DNA of 64,000 nt from Podarcis vaucheri (taxonomy: Eukaryota). The notes beneath the pieces were generated by a model. That model did not search any database. It was not told the DNA's origin and saw only the letters and a list, made by a program, of their open reading frames with translations. The stretch is from NCBI GenBank assembly GCA_965113315.1, contig OZ220368.1; one strand, written 5' to 3'. Position numbers and translations under genes: made by a program. This document shows, in pieces, positions 25,301 through 37,300 of the stretch. Numbering within the stretch: position 1 is the stretch's first letter; every line of letters starts with the position of its first letter.

Positions 25301-28300
25301 AAATAAAATCTAAATGACTCAACTACATGTGGGTAGGTCCAATCCCGTGGAGATCCAAACAATTTGCTTAAGCCATGTTGTTGCATCATTCATGCACAAC
25401 CTGCTGTCATGTGCTGGTGTGGTTTAATTATTAATATCGATGCTGCTGACATTTCTACATGTTATCTGAATTGTGTCCTGTGACTTGACTTGTGATATGA
25501 CCTATTTTTAAATGTAAATTGCTTTGAGATCACTTGTGACAAAAAGTGGTATGTAAGCCCATTAAATAACAGTAATATTAATTGTGCCATGGTTTGGCCA
25601 CTCCATGCCATAGAACAAGGGGTGGAGAAGTTCTCTTCCTTGGTAGGGTAATCAAGACACAGTTATGATGCAGGCCTGAGACACTAGTAAAGCCATATCA
25701 TCATCAACAACTGCCCCACTGAGAGTGGCAGGATAGGCAGAGCCATATACACAGCAGGGCACCACAGCACCGCACCATCTGCCAGACCTTGTGAGCTGTA
25801 GAGCGTAAATGCCTTTGACCTGATTCAGCAGTGCTCTCATGTTAGAACACAGTATCTGGAAATCCCAAGAAGTGTTTTAGTGGCCTCCCCACACTTGCCA
25901 CTCTTCAACAAAAAAAATTTATAGTTCTTTTTTAAAAAATAAAAAATGACTGCTCCCATGGTTCCTCCAATGCAAATAAGGTTTGTCCCTCTCCTTCCAA
26001 TTCCGTTTTCATTTTCAATATTCACCCCCCCCCAATGTAAACAAAATTTTAACTGATTGTTCCCATAGAGCCACCACCGTGATGCCAAAGAGTTTTTGGG
26101 GCCATCCCAAGATCCCCCACTCTCCAAACTATATTTTTTTAAAAAAACAAACATCAAAAATAAAAAAAATTATTTTCTTCTCAATTTTATAATAAACTAT
26201 TGAAAATTGTGTATTTAAGGCTAATGGGATTGTCCTTTGGAAAGCAACTTCACCCACTTTTGCTATACCCACTTCAACATGCAACCCCTGGGTGGCTGAC
26301 CATGAGATAAAGCAGCCCTTGACCCAGAAAAGGTTAGTCACCCCTGTTTCCTTGAGTGTAAGATTGCTATTAAGAGGTAGGAGTCAAATGTGATAGTACT
26401 GTAAATCAGTCTCTCACCATTTGTGGTACTTGCAGGTGAGTGCTCCATTGACGAGCTCGCTGATAGAGCCAGGCTCACTGAGGTCATCAAGAAGGATGAC
26501 CAATGGCACATCTATCCCTGTTTCCCGATCAATCTGATTGGCCAGATTGGAGAGGTAAAGCTGTAGGTCCTGGTAAAGAAAGATGCAAAATGGAAGTCAC
26601 TGTATCAGCGTGCAGAATACACACACACACTATATATTAGTATAAGAAGAAATGCAAGGATATAAGGAATAGTGATTTCCCCTGGCTGAGAACTGGGCTT
26701 AGAATTGAGGATGGCTAGTTTGGATTGGAGGGCCACATTGGCAAAAGGCTGGTGATGAAGAATATGGGAGGGATAAGCCTTGTCTGTGGAAGACCATGCA
26801 ATGACTTCTACTAGCACAAAGGGGCTCCCCCCAAAAGGCTTTGGGGAGGGGGATTGTGAGAACCCACAGAACAGTGTGTGGGTGGAGCAGAGGGTAGAAA
26901 ACTCCACCAGGCAAGCAGAAATGCTCATGCTGAAGAAGTGCTTAGCACTATGTTTAATTCCTCTTATACCAGCTATCGTAATACCTACTTACTAGGGAGT
27001 AAGTTCCACTGAACTCACAGGGTTCTGGGTAGATATGTACAGAGTTGTGTTGGGGGATCAAGGATTGCAACTAGTATGCCTAAGGTTCTTCCACCTGAAA
27101 TTACAAGGAGTCTGTGACTTAGGAATGAAGGTAATCAAGCAGGGCTGTGCTAGGGATCAGAGAACGCGGAAGTGCAGAAATTCCCGAGTAGACAGTCCCA
27201 GGCAAGGAGTTTCACACCTTGCATGACTGCTGGTGCATGTTGAAAGTGTTGACAATGCCCTCAGTGACTTCGCGGCCTGAGCGCTCCACCAAATACTCAG
27301 CCAGACGATTCGTTAGGTAGGTTTTGCCAGTTCCACTTGGCCCAGAAAGGATAAGGCGGCGGTGCTTGAGCAAAAGGCTTATGTAGTGCTGCATCATGGG
27401 CTTGGGGATAAGGGTCTCAAACACCAAGCTGTCCACACACTTCTCTTTCAAACCTGTGTAGAAGAATGCAGCTGTTGAAATGCCTCCCCTCTCACACTCA
27501 GGACTTTAATAACATTTGCGGTTCCCTTTTCCGCCATGGTAGGCGCTTTCCTCCAAAAGAAATCCTCCCCAGCCTTTTCATGATGTGGGGACACTGTTTC
27601 TTCTTGAGTAAATATATCACTACTTCATGTATAGCAGTCTGATATCTATCTCTCTGGCCTGGGAGATTTGTTCCGACCTAAGTTTGAAAGCCAGGAGGTT
27701 TGTTTTAACTAAGTTTTGTTAGAACAAACCACAGTTGGTAGAAGAACGGAACTGGGGTGTGTTTTAAGGAGAAAATTATATCTCCTTCTCCTTTTCAATA
27801 CAAAGATGTAAAGGTGGAGAATGTGCAAAGTTCACCGCTGTTTGATCCTAATAATCTAAATTATGGTTTAGATAAAAAGTCTGAAATGGGATACGGCACC
27901 AATATTTCAACTCTGTATCAGAACTACAGGAATAATATTTATAACCATCTTAGTTAAAAGGGACCTAAGAGGTCATGCGGTTCAACCCCTTGTTGTATGC
28001 AGGATACAGCCACAGCAGACCTAACTGACAGCATCCCAGCTTCAGCTTAAAAGCCTCCAGTAAACGGAGAGCCCACTATCTCCAAAGACAGTCTGTTCAG
28101 AGGGGGGGGGGCGATTACCATTAGTAAGTTTCTCCTAATGTTTAGCTGAAATCTGCTGCCTATGGAGCAAGGGAGAAAAAGAATTGCTGCAGCTCCTCCT
28201 TTACTTCACCTCAGATATCTGAAGACTGCAATCATGTCTCTCCTTAATATCTTTTTATCTTCATACCCTACATATACCCAGCCCTTTCAACAATTCCTCA

Positions 28301-31300
28301 AAAGACTGAAGTTTCCAGATCCCTCACCATGCTGTCTGCTCTCTTCCAGAAATGCGCCCCTATTTGTCAGTGTGGTGCCCAGAACTGGACAGTATGTACT
28401 TAAGATGCAGAACTATTACGTCTTGTGGTCTGGACACTATTAACGCAGTCTAAGATCACATTCGATATTTTTAGCAGCCACATTGCAGTATATATTCCTT
28501 TCAGTAAAGCCAAACATAGGTTTTCACCTGCAGCAGATGTGGGGAACCTTTGGCCCACCAGATGTTTGCTGAACTACAACTCCCATCAGCCCCAGCAAGC
28601 ATGGCCAGTGGCCAGGGATGATGGGAGCTGTAGTTCAGTAACTTACAGAAGACCAGGGTTCCAGTGCTGCATTTAGCAGCTCGCCACTGCCTCTTCTGAC
28701 TTCAGTAGTGCTTTCCAGAGGCTCTCTAATTTAGAGGTCCATGTTGCTTTCTACCCAGCCCTTTGACCCTGCTTGGAACTAAACCAGATAGAAGCAAAGG
28801 ATCAAGCAGAGGTGGCCTGGCATATCACTGGTAATAAATGCGTGTCAAGATAGCTGTGGCGGTACCTTTCAATGTCACAGCGATGCTGGTCACACCCCGT
28901 CGGCAAGGCGGCATTTCTGGTGGCTCTGTGTCCAAGACTCGCTTGATGTGGCTGATGCTATAACCATAGACAGACTCAATGCTGAGCCCCAGTGTGAGAG
29001 CAGGGTCCATCTTGCTGACATAGTCCTGAGTGAAGACAAGAAGTAGCTTGGTTCAGGTCAGGAGTAAGCCTGATGCTAGACAAGTATCCACTACTAACCA
29101 CAATTCTTGGGGTAGCTTGCAATTTGTTGTTGTTGTTTTTTTAACCAAATAAAATAGCAATCAGTGCAAAAATAAAAGAAGAACCACAACCACTAGTAGT
29201 AAATTAAAACAGAAACAGGCACTCGCTCACTCACAAACCTCCAGATGTCTGGGCAAACCAAATAGTTTTTATCGGGTTGCTGGAAGTCATTAGAAGAGGC
29301 TTTGAGAAGGGAGTTCCTCCTGGATGACTTTGGGCCAGCCACTACATAACCTTACCCTTAGCTACCTTGCAGAGTTGCTGCAAGCATAAAATGAGGGGAA
29401 AGAGAACCATGTATGCTATGCAGGACAGGGTAAGAGGTGTAGAAGTTGGTTCAGCATCCCAGAAATGTGGAATGAAGTTTCTGAAGATGTTATCACAACT
29501 ACAAAGTTGCTGTTAGCATCTCACCTTGAAGACCTGACAGACGGCTTCATCCAGCATTTTCCAATCCAGTTTCCCACTCACTTTGCTACTGCCCAGATAG
29601 AATTCCTGCTGCTTCAGGTCCTGGAAGCCAAAAGCAAGATATAAAGGCAGCTGAGATTTGGAATCTGCTGCTACTAGTTTACAATGGCAACTGGATCAAC
29701 TAGCATTGTCCTCACACCATACATTGCAGCTGGGTAATGCCTCTCCCCACTTTTCCATTGATGCTTACCCCTTTGATGATGTGCTGAGGTGGCATGCGCA
29801 CTACAATTCGTAGTGTCACCTCATCCCTCTGGGTGCCAGCACTGATGCCATCCATCGGCGAAAGCTCTAGAGAAGGGGAAAATAAGTATACACACTGTGC
29901 AGAAGTAGAAACCATTGACATAGGATGGTATTTCCAGGAATCCCTATGTGTCAAAGTGAAATATTTCTTTCCTCTATAATTCTACAGTTTAGTGTCTTTT
30001 GGACTCTGCCATAGTGGTTCCCCTATACAGTCCAGGACACCCCCTCCCTCCAAGTTTGGTTGATACAACTTTTCACTCTCTCCAGCACAAGAACTACCTC
30101 CTGTTAGTCTTCCGTGCAGCACCTCTTCTCTTGCCCTGGACCTAGTCTCACCCCCTTGTAGGTTCTCCCACTAAGATACAATCAGTAAGTTGTCAATAAA
30201 GCAATGGCATCAACATAGTATTTGTAGTCTGTGACCAAATGTCACTGTAACCAAATTCCCCCCCTCTTTTTTTGGTGGGTGCCATCACTGTTTGTATTTT
30301 AAAAAAAATATTTTTATTGATTTTTTTCCCCCTCATAACAATTATTCAGTATCTCATTTAGCATCCATTTGCTACTTTTCTCCTTCCCTGTTGACTTCCC
30401 CCAACTTCCATTTCTGGTTTGTTACATCAAATGTTACATTCTGCTGCATTCTGCTACATAATGTTCTGTTATCGCTAAATATATGTCTTGATCTCTGTAA
30501 ATAAAGTTGTAAATGTTTATTTAAATCATGCCAACGAGTCCCTTTTTTGTTTTTGTTATTGCAAGTATGTTGTAAGCTGTTCCCATTCTCCAAATTCCTG
30601 ATGCAAGGCACAACTAGGCCACTGTCCCCACAACCCATCCAAAGGTGATCTCAAATCTCCCTTCTCACCTCTCTTTCCCATCCCTGTTCCACAAAGAAAA
30701 TATCTTGAAAAAACAGAAGCAGAGATTTTGGAACAGCAAATGAACTAGTATCAAAAGCTCTTCGGCCTTTCTCTCTGTGTCTCTGTCTCAGCTTCATACC
30801 TGTATCAGTCAAACTGGGACTGAAAGGGTGAGTGAGCTGGAGCCCTAGAGAGCGCCTTGGGGAAGAGGCGGCAGATGAGCTCAAGACATGACTTGGGATG
30901 GAGCTCGGCACAGATGAGGGCCCAGGGACCACTTTCAGCCGGTCGTTCTCAGCTTTCAATAGATCCACTTCCAGCTACAGGGAATGAAAAGACAGCAGTG
31001 GCAGGAATGAGAGTGCTGATAACATTAAGGCTTCCCACAGCCTAAAAAGGGAGACTACAGCAGAAAATCCTAACAGACAGAGCATTCCCCAAGGGTTGCA
31101 CATTGGAAAAAGAGTTTTTCACAGCCAAATTCCATCCAAGGGTCCCTTTCCTACCAGGAGAGCCTGATTTAAAAGGCTCGTGGCCTGTCTCTCAAAATGC
31201 TGCCCAAACAAAGCAGCTGTTTCAGCTTCAGAAACTGTTGCTGCCATCTCTCTCAACTCTGCTCCAGATAATGTACTTCTGTGGAGTTTCCTTGCAACAA

Positions 31301-34300
31301 TGAATTTGCTTAGAACACTGCTACTGGACCAATGTCAGGAAATAGGTAAAGGTAAAGGTAAAGGTACCCCTGCCCGAACGGGCCAGTCTTGCCAGACTCT
31401 GGGGTTTGTGCGCCCATCTCACATCTATTGGCCGGGGGCCAGCGCTGTCCGGAGACACTTCCGGGTCACGTGGCCAGCGTGACAACGCTGCTCTGGCGAG
31501 CCAGAACCGCACACGGAACGCCGTTTACCTTCCCGCTGGTAAGCGGTACCTATTTATCTACTTGCCCCCGGGGGTGCTTTCGAACTGCTAGGTGGGCAGG
31601 CGCTGGGACCGAGCAGCGGGAGCGCACCCCGCCGCGGGGATTCGAACCGCCGACCTTTCGATCGGCAAGCCCTAGGCGCTGAGGCTTTAGCCCACAGCGC
31701 CACCCGCGTCCCAATGTCAGGAAATAAGGACACTCAAATGGATAAGGCAAATGCAACCCAGTGATGGGAAACCTGTGGACCTCCATATGCTGCTGGTCTG
31801 TAACTTCTGTCATCCCCTGACTATCAACTACACTGGCTGGAGCTAATGGGAGTGGAGAGTCCAACATCTGGAACATCACAGGCTCCCCATCTTTTCTGTA
31901 ACCTGTCTCATGATGGTGTCTTGCCAGCAGGCACCGGGCCAATTGAAGGGCATTCATGCAGCCTGCTTTGTCTCTTTGCGAAAGAAACAAATTGACCAAA
32001 GGAAATGCTTAGAAAATTGCTGTCAAGAGCATGGAGACCCAGCAATAGCCAAAGATCTGCAGCCTCAGAGAGGTGCTAGCTTTTCAGGGCACATCATGCC
32101 CACCTGCATGTTGTGCATAGTTTCGCGCAGTTGGTCCAGCTGATGGGCAGAGTTTAGGGCCTCCAAACGTATGTCGGTCAGTTTCATTTCCTTCTCCCAC
32201 AGCTCTGAGCGCAGCTCTGAGACCTCCTTTTTCTCAGGCTCCTCTTCTTCATTGGCCTGGAACAACCTGTGCAAAGGATGAGCAGAAATTTAGACATGGT
32301 GCAAGGAAAAGTCTGCAAGCACCAGCAAGGACTATGGCAGCAACTGAATGGGCCAGCCTGGCCCAGCTGTGGAGTGCTGCTTCTGAATCTTTGCTCACTG
32401 CTGCCCTCTCCTGCCAGAGCACGAGTTCTTTCCAGTGCATACATATTACTGGAAAAGGTGCTCTGTAAAGGGTCACTCAGCCACCTGCTTAGTGCCCCTC
32501 CACCAAGGTTCTTAATGTTCATATCACAGTTCCAGGAACCTGAGGCCACCTGCAGCATACTGTACAATATGATCAGATACAAGGCATAGCAGACTTAAGT
32601 TTTTCCAGGTGTAACTTGTCCATGCAGCCACCCCTAGCTTCACTCCCTGGAGAGTGGACTTACTCAGTGTTATCAATGCCCACAGAAGAGGAGTTGGAAG
32701 ATTTGATGGAGGGCGAGGCTGTCTCCGTGGATCCATGTTGTAGTTTGGGGGACGATGGCGCAGAAGAATCTGGGGTGGCGATCTCCTCTATGTCGGAATA
32801 GGAGGAGGCAGATTTTGGGCCCTTCTTGATGCTGAAAGCCTTGTTGAAAGAGCTCCTCAACTGAAGGGGGAAATGGAGAAGCGAGAAAAGCTTGAAAAAG
32901 CCCTCTGAGGCTGACTGCTGGAAAACAGAGGATGCGGCACCATGGGGCAAGGAGGCGGCAGAGGCAGCCTGTGCCATCTAACCTCTGTTACATTGCATGC
33001 TGTGAACAGTTTGTAGTTTTCAGGACACTCAGAAACTTGGCTTCCCCTTTGGTCTGCTTCTTACCCAAGCTCTAATACTACCCCATCACCCCAGAGGACA
33101 CTATTTTTTACAGTAATACTCTCCAAGCACAAAACCTATTTAAAGAAAGTATATACACAGAGCCATCCCCCTGGTTTTAATTAATTATTGATCCATACCC
33201 ACAACTTTTTAAGAATTCCCACTCCCTCTATAATCCTGCACTGTCAGAATGGAAGATATTTTAAAAATCTACCTTTATTGAGCAGGCTTTCAAGAACTTG
33301 AATGCAAGCATATAAAGGTAGCTGAAGTGACACAAGGTATCAAATTTGTGTTAAGTGCATCTTAATTATGCTCCCCAAGAAATCAAGTAGTAGATTCCAG
33401 AGTGTTCAGAACAAGGAATCAGCAGCAATTCTTGCTGTTTCCAAGCATGCCAGTTCCATAGCTTGGGCTCTGAGACTCCAGGGAGCAAAATCACTTATGT
33501 CACTTATGAAAGACTGCTGGCAAGGAAGCCAAAAGGATTCTGTATTATTATTCCTATCACACACAAAAAAACCCAGCAGCTCTCATGGTTGGTAACCAAA
33601 AATCTGAGCCCTTGGGGAAGCTGAACTTTTAAATCACACATATAAGGAGGAACCAAGGAACATACAGAACACAGGCATGGCCTGTGGTTCCTAAAGGATA
33701 AGTGATCTGTCAAAGATTGTGAAGGAAGACACAGGCCAGATTCTCTTTCCATATCCTGAGTGGGAATGTAAAATACAATATCCTACGCTATCTAATATGG
33801 AAGGAAACAAGGGCAGTTTAGCAGCCTAAGACATGGACTTGTCCAAACATGCAGAACAATTAATAGCCAGTGCAACATGCCACCGACCAGCTGAGTCCAT
33901 GCACTGAAGTGCTGTCATTGTCATGCAAAAGGACATATCCTTTCATTCAGAGTGTTCCAGGCTTCTTGCATCTTTCTAAATAGGCAGGAGTAGTGGTGGC
34001 CTAATATAGTTGGCAGCTTGATCCATGCACACAAATAGTGGTACTGCATGCCACTATGTAGAGAAGGTTTTGGATTGGGGAGGGGGTGATTGCTGTGGGC
34101 AGCACACCTACTTACAATCTATCACTACTACCTCTCGAAGCAAATCTGCATTTTTAGGGGAGGGTGAGGACTAAGTTAAGACAGCCTAAAGTTAGCTGCT
34201 GTTCTCCTCACACCAATAACTGCAGCCCTACCTGGAAAGAGCAAAAGCCCATTTATACTTCCCAAACATCCATCCTAGCTTACTCAATTCTTTTTCAGAG

Positions 34301-37300
34301 CACTATACCTTAACCTATGGGCAGGGGTAGATAGTGAGAGAAGGTGGACCACCCCAAACCCTTTCATCATCAGCAACTTTGCTGAAGCTATGGAGGTCTG
34401 GCCACTGCCTGGATGGAAGCCCTATGTGTGCCTTGGGTTCCATCACAGAAGAAAAGTGGGGTATAATTCAATAAATAAATAAATAAATTGCTACCCAGGG
34501 AATGTGACATTCTTAAAAGAATGTCACATTCCTTTTGTCCCACATTCCAAGTATCAGCTGCTGTAACTAATAGAGGCATCTGACTTACCACTGGGGTGAG
34601 TGGAATAACTTCATATCTCACAAAGGATTGTACCCACTACCATGGTAGGACTTTTTCTCCAACTTCTAGATGTTTTGGTATCTAACTCCTTGTGCTCAGA
34701 TGACCCTTGGGGTCCCTTCCAACTCAATGATTCTAAGAACTCATAGCAGCAGGGAAGACAACAAGCAATATTGCCTCTGGTCATTGGTGCTGTAACTAGG
34801 AGCTCTCCTGACTTGGTGGCATTTGTGCACTTGAAAGCTGTATGTGCCCAACCGGACTTGCTTACAGCAGATTCATACAATGAGAGAGCTTCACCCCACC
34901 TTTGGCACTCCTATCCTCAGGGCCTGCCAAACGTACAAGTAAGAATGGCAGGCTGCTCTCCTTCTCCACAAAATATGCAACTCTTTCCCAATTATTAATG
35001 GAATGGAATTAGGCTGGGATGCTAAGATCTGTGTTGTTTATCTTGCATCTCAAGATCCAGCTGAAGAGAGATTACAGAGAAGCAGCCCTCCTTCTTCTAA
35101 CATGTAATGGTTCAATCAATATTGCAGAAAAGGAAGAAGCCAGAGAAACGAGTCAAGACCAACACAGCCGTGTGCTTTGCTCTTGAGGGGAATAGTCAAC
35201 TTGTGATCCCAACAATGCTCAGGCGGAGCATGCAACATGCACACAAAACAGGCATCAATCCACATATGTATTGAGACAGTAGCAGGGAGAATAGCCACTG
35301 TAATGGGTGGAGGCACTATTGGAACTGGGTTTTTCTATCTCCCTCCCACCCGCCCACCCACCTCACAAGCCAGTCTGAGGGCACACAAGAGGCCAGGGGA
35401 CTGGAGCTGTCTCAGAGCTTGAACCTCTGCTACCCTTTCAGGAGGCTTCAAAGAGCACTTATCATGTCGTACATGTGAGAAATCACTTTCTATCTTCCAG
35501 CTCTCTGACTTGCTCTGACCTGCGGCAGCTATGAGATGGTGTGGCAGAAATTGGTGTGTGGGTGGGCACCATGCTCTATTGAACCTCATCATCTGGCCAC
35601 TTAGGCTGCAGTCCTGTACACACTTACCTGGGAGTAGGACCCACTGAGTTCAGTGAGGCTTATTTTTGAACAGATGTGCATGCAAAGGAGTGTGCTATTA
35701 AGGAGTGCAATTCTAGAACACGGATGGGGAACCTGTATCCCCGACCCCAGAAGTTGCTGAGACTCTCAGCATGCAGGGCCAGTGATCAGGGATGCTGGGA
35801 ATTTATGGCCCAACGAAACCTTGTCTGCTCTAGACAGACAAAGAAATGCAAACAAAGTTTAGACTGGATTTGGAAGCCACAGCCAAACTGCTGAGAGTGG
35901 ATTCATTAATTCATTAATTTATTTAATTGTAAAGGATTTATACCCCACTCTTCAACAAGTTCTCAGGGTGGCACGGATTAAATTATGGCACAAACAATGT
36001 CTGCAAACAACAGTTCCTGAATTTGGAAGAAGCAAAAAGAGAAACTGCTCGATTTGCAAAGGAAAAAAAATAGACAATTCCCCAGCATGGGAAATGACGA
36101 TATTAAACACGTTCATCAATATTCTTATAATATATTTCCTCCTCTTGCAACAATTGAGTGTGGAGAATGACAGTACGTACAGCCTGCAGTACATACTCCT
36201 GAGGGGCAGGAGTTTAAAAAAAACCCTTAAGTGTTGAGGTACAGGACAGAGCCAAACTGCTGCAGAGGTAGGATACTATGAATTATTATTAAACTGCTCC
36301 ACTTGAGTACTTCAAAAATCCACTCTTGGAACCTCTTTTCCCGGTCACTTTCTAGACCTTTAGGAGAGCTGTTAAGACTGGGTAGCATTAGGGATAGACT
36401 CAGAGCCATGTCAAAAAGGGGCGTGAAACTCCCCTCCCCACCCCTGCCGCAGCACCAGTGCAGTGGCCCCTCCTGTGTGGCTTGGCAGCGCAAGTGCGAG
36501 AGCAAATGGGATGGTTAGTTCCACGAGTGCTGTGCTGTCCCCAACACAATGGAGTGACCAGTCAGGAGTAAGACACAAGGAAAGGACTGGTGAAAGGGAG
36601 GGATGGGGTGGGGGTGGGGAAGGGAGTTCCAAGCTTACCTCATACACCTGGAAAAAAAGGGGTTGGGGGTCAGCATTGAAGGAAGAAAGGGGGAAAAAGA
36701 ACACAGCAAGACTTAATCATGCGTTCAGCTCAGGTTCCCTGCCTGTAACAAGCTGCGGGGATGGGGTGAGGGCTCAAGGCAGTACAGAGAAACCGGGACA
36801 ATCTTCTATACCAGCCTTCCTAAGAGGACGGCACACCTACTGAGCTGAGAGTTGGGCGTGAGTGGCCTCTCTCCGCTTTAGGGAGCAGTGGGGAAAGGCA
36901 GGGCAGCAAGGTTAGCGTAAATGGAAAGGAAGAGTAACATCAGCTGCACAAGTCATAAACTTGCCATGCAAAACCAGCTGTGAGGCAATATTAATTTTAA
37001 AAGTTGAAACCTTTATTATTATAATTTAATATGCACCTTAAAATGTTCCTAATAAGGTTCAGGTCAAATTACTCCCCATCCCACTGCCCAATGTTTTTAA
37101 GCGGAGCCTTAAAAACTTGGAAGCTTCCTTTGGTCTCATTCCTGACTCAAAATAGGCAGCTGGAATGAGAGCACAAAAATACCCAATGCTTTAAGGCTAT
37201 TCAGACTGGAGGGGTGTTTGCATGTCTGGGAAAGGGGACATTTAACTTGAAGCATGCTAGAAACATTTTAAGTCCATATGGTGTTGTAATAATAATAATA

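Noticed and set aside
31321-31999. Near-identical ORFs repeated at 31.4, 43.7 and 49.2 kb (e.g. MPDSGVCAPISH...)
   Set aside because: Chance ORFs within GC-rich SINE copies, not a gene family
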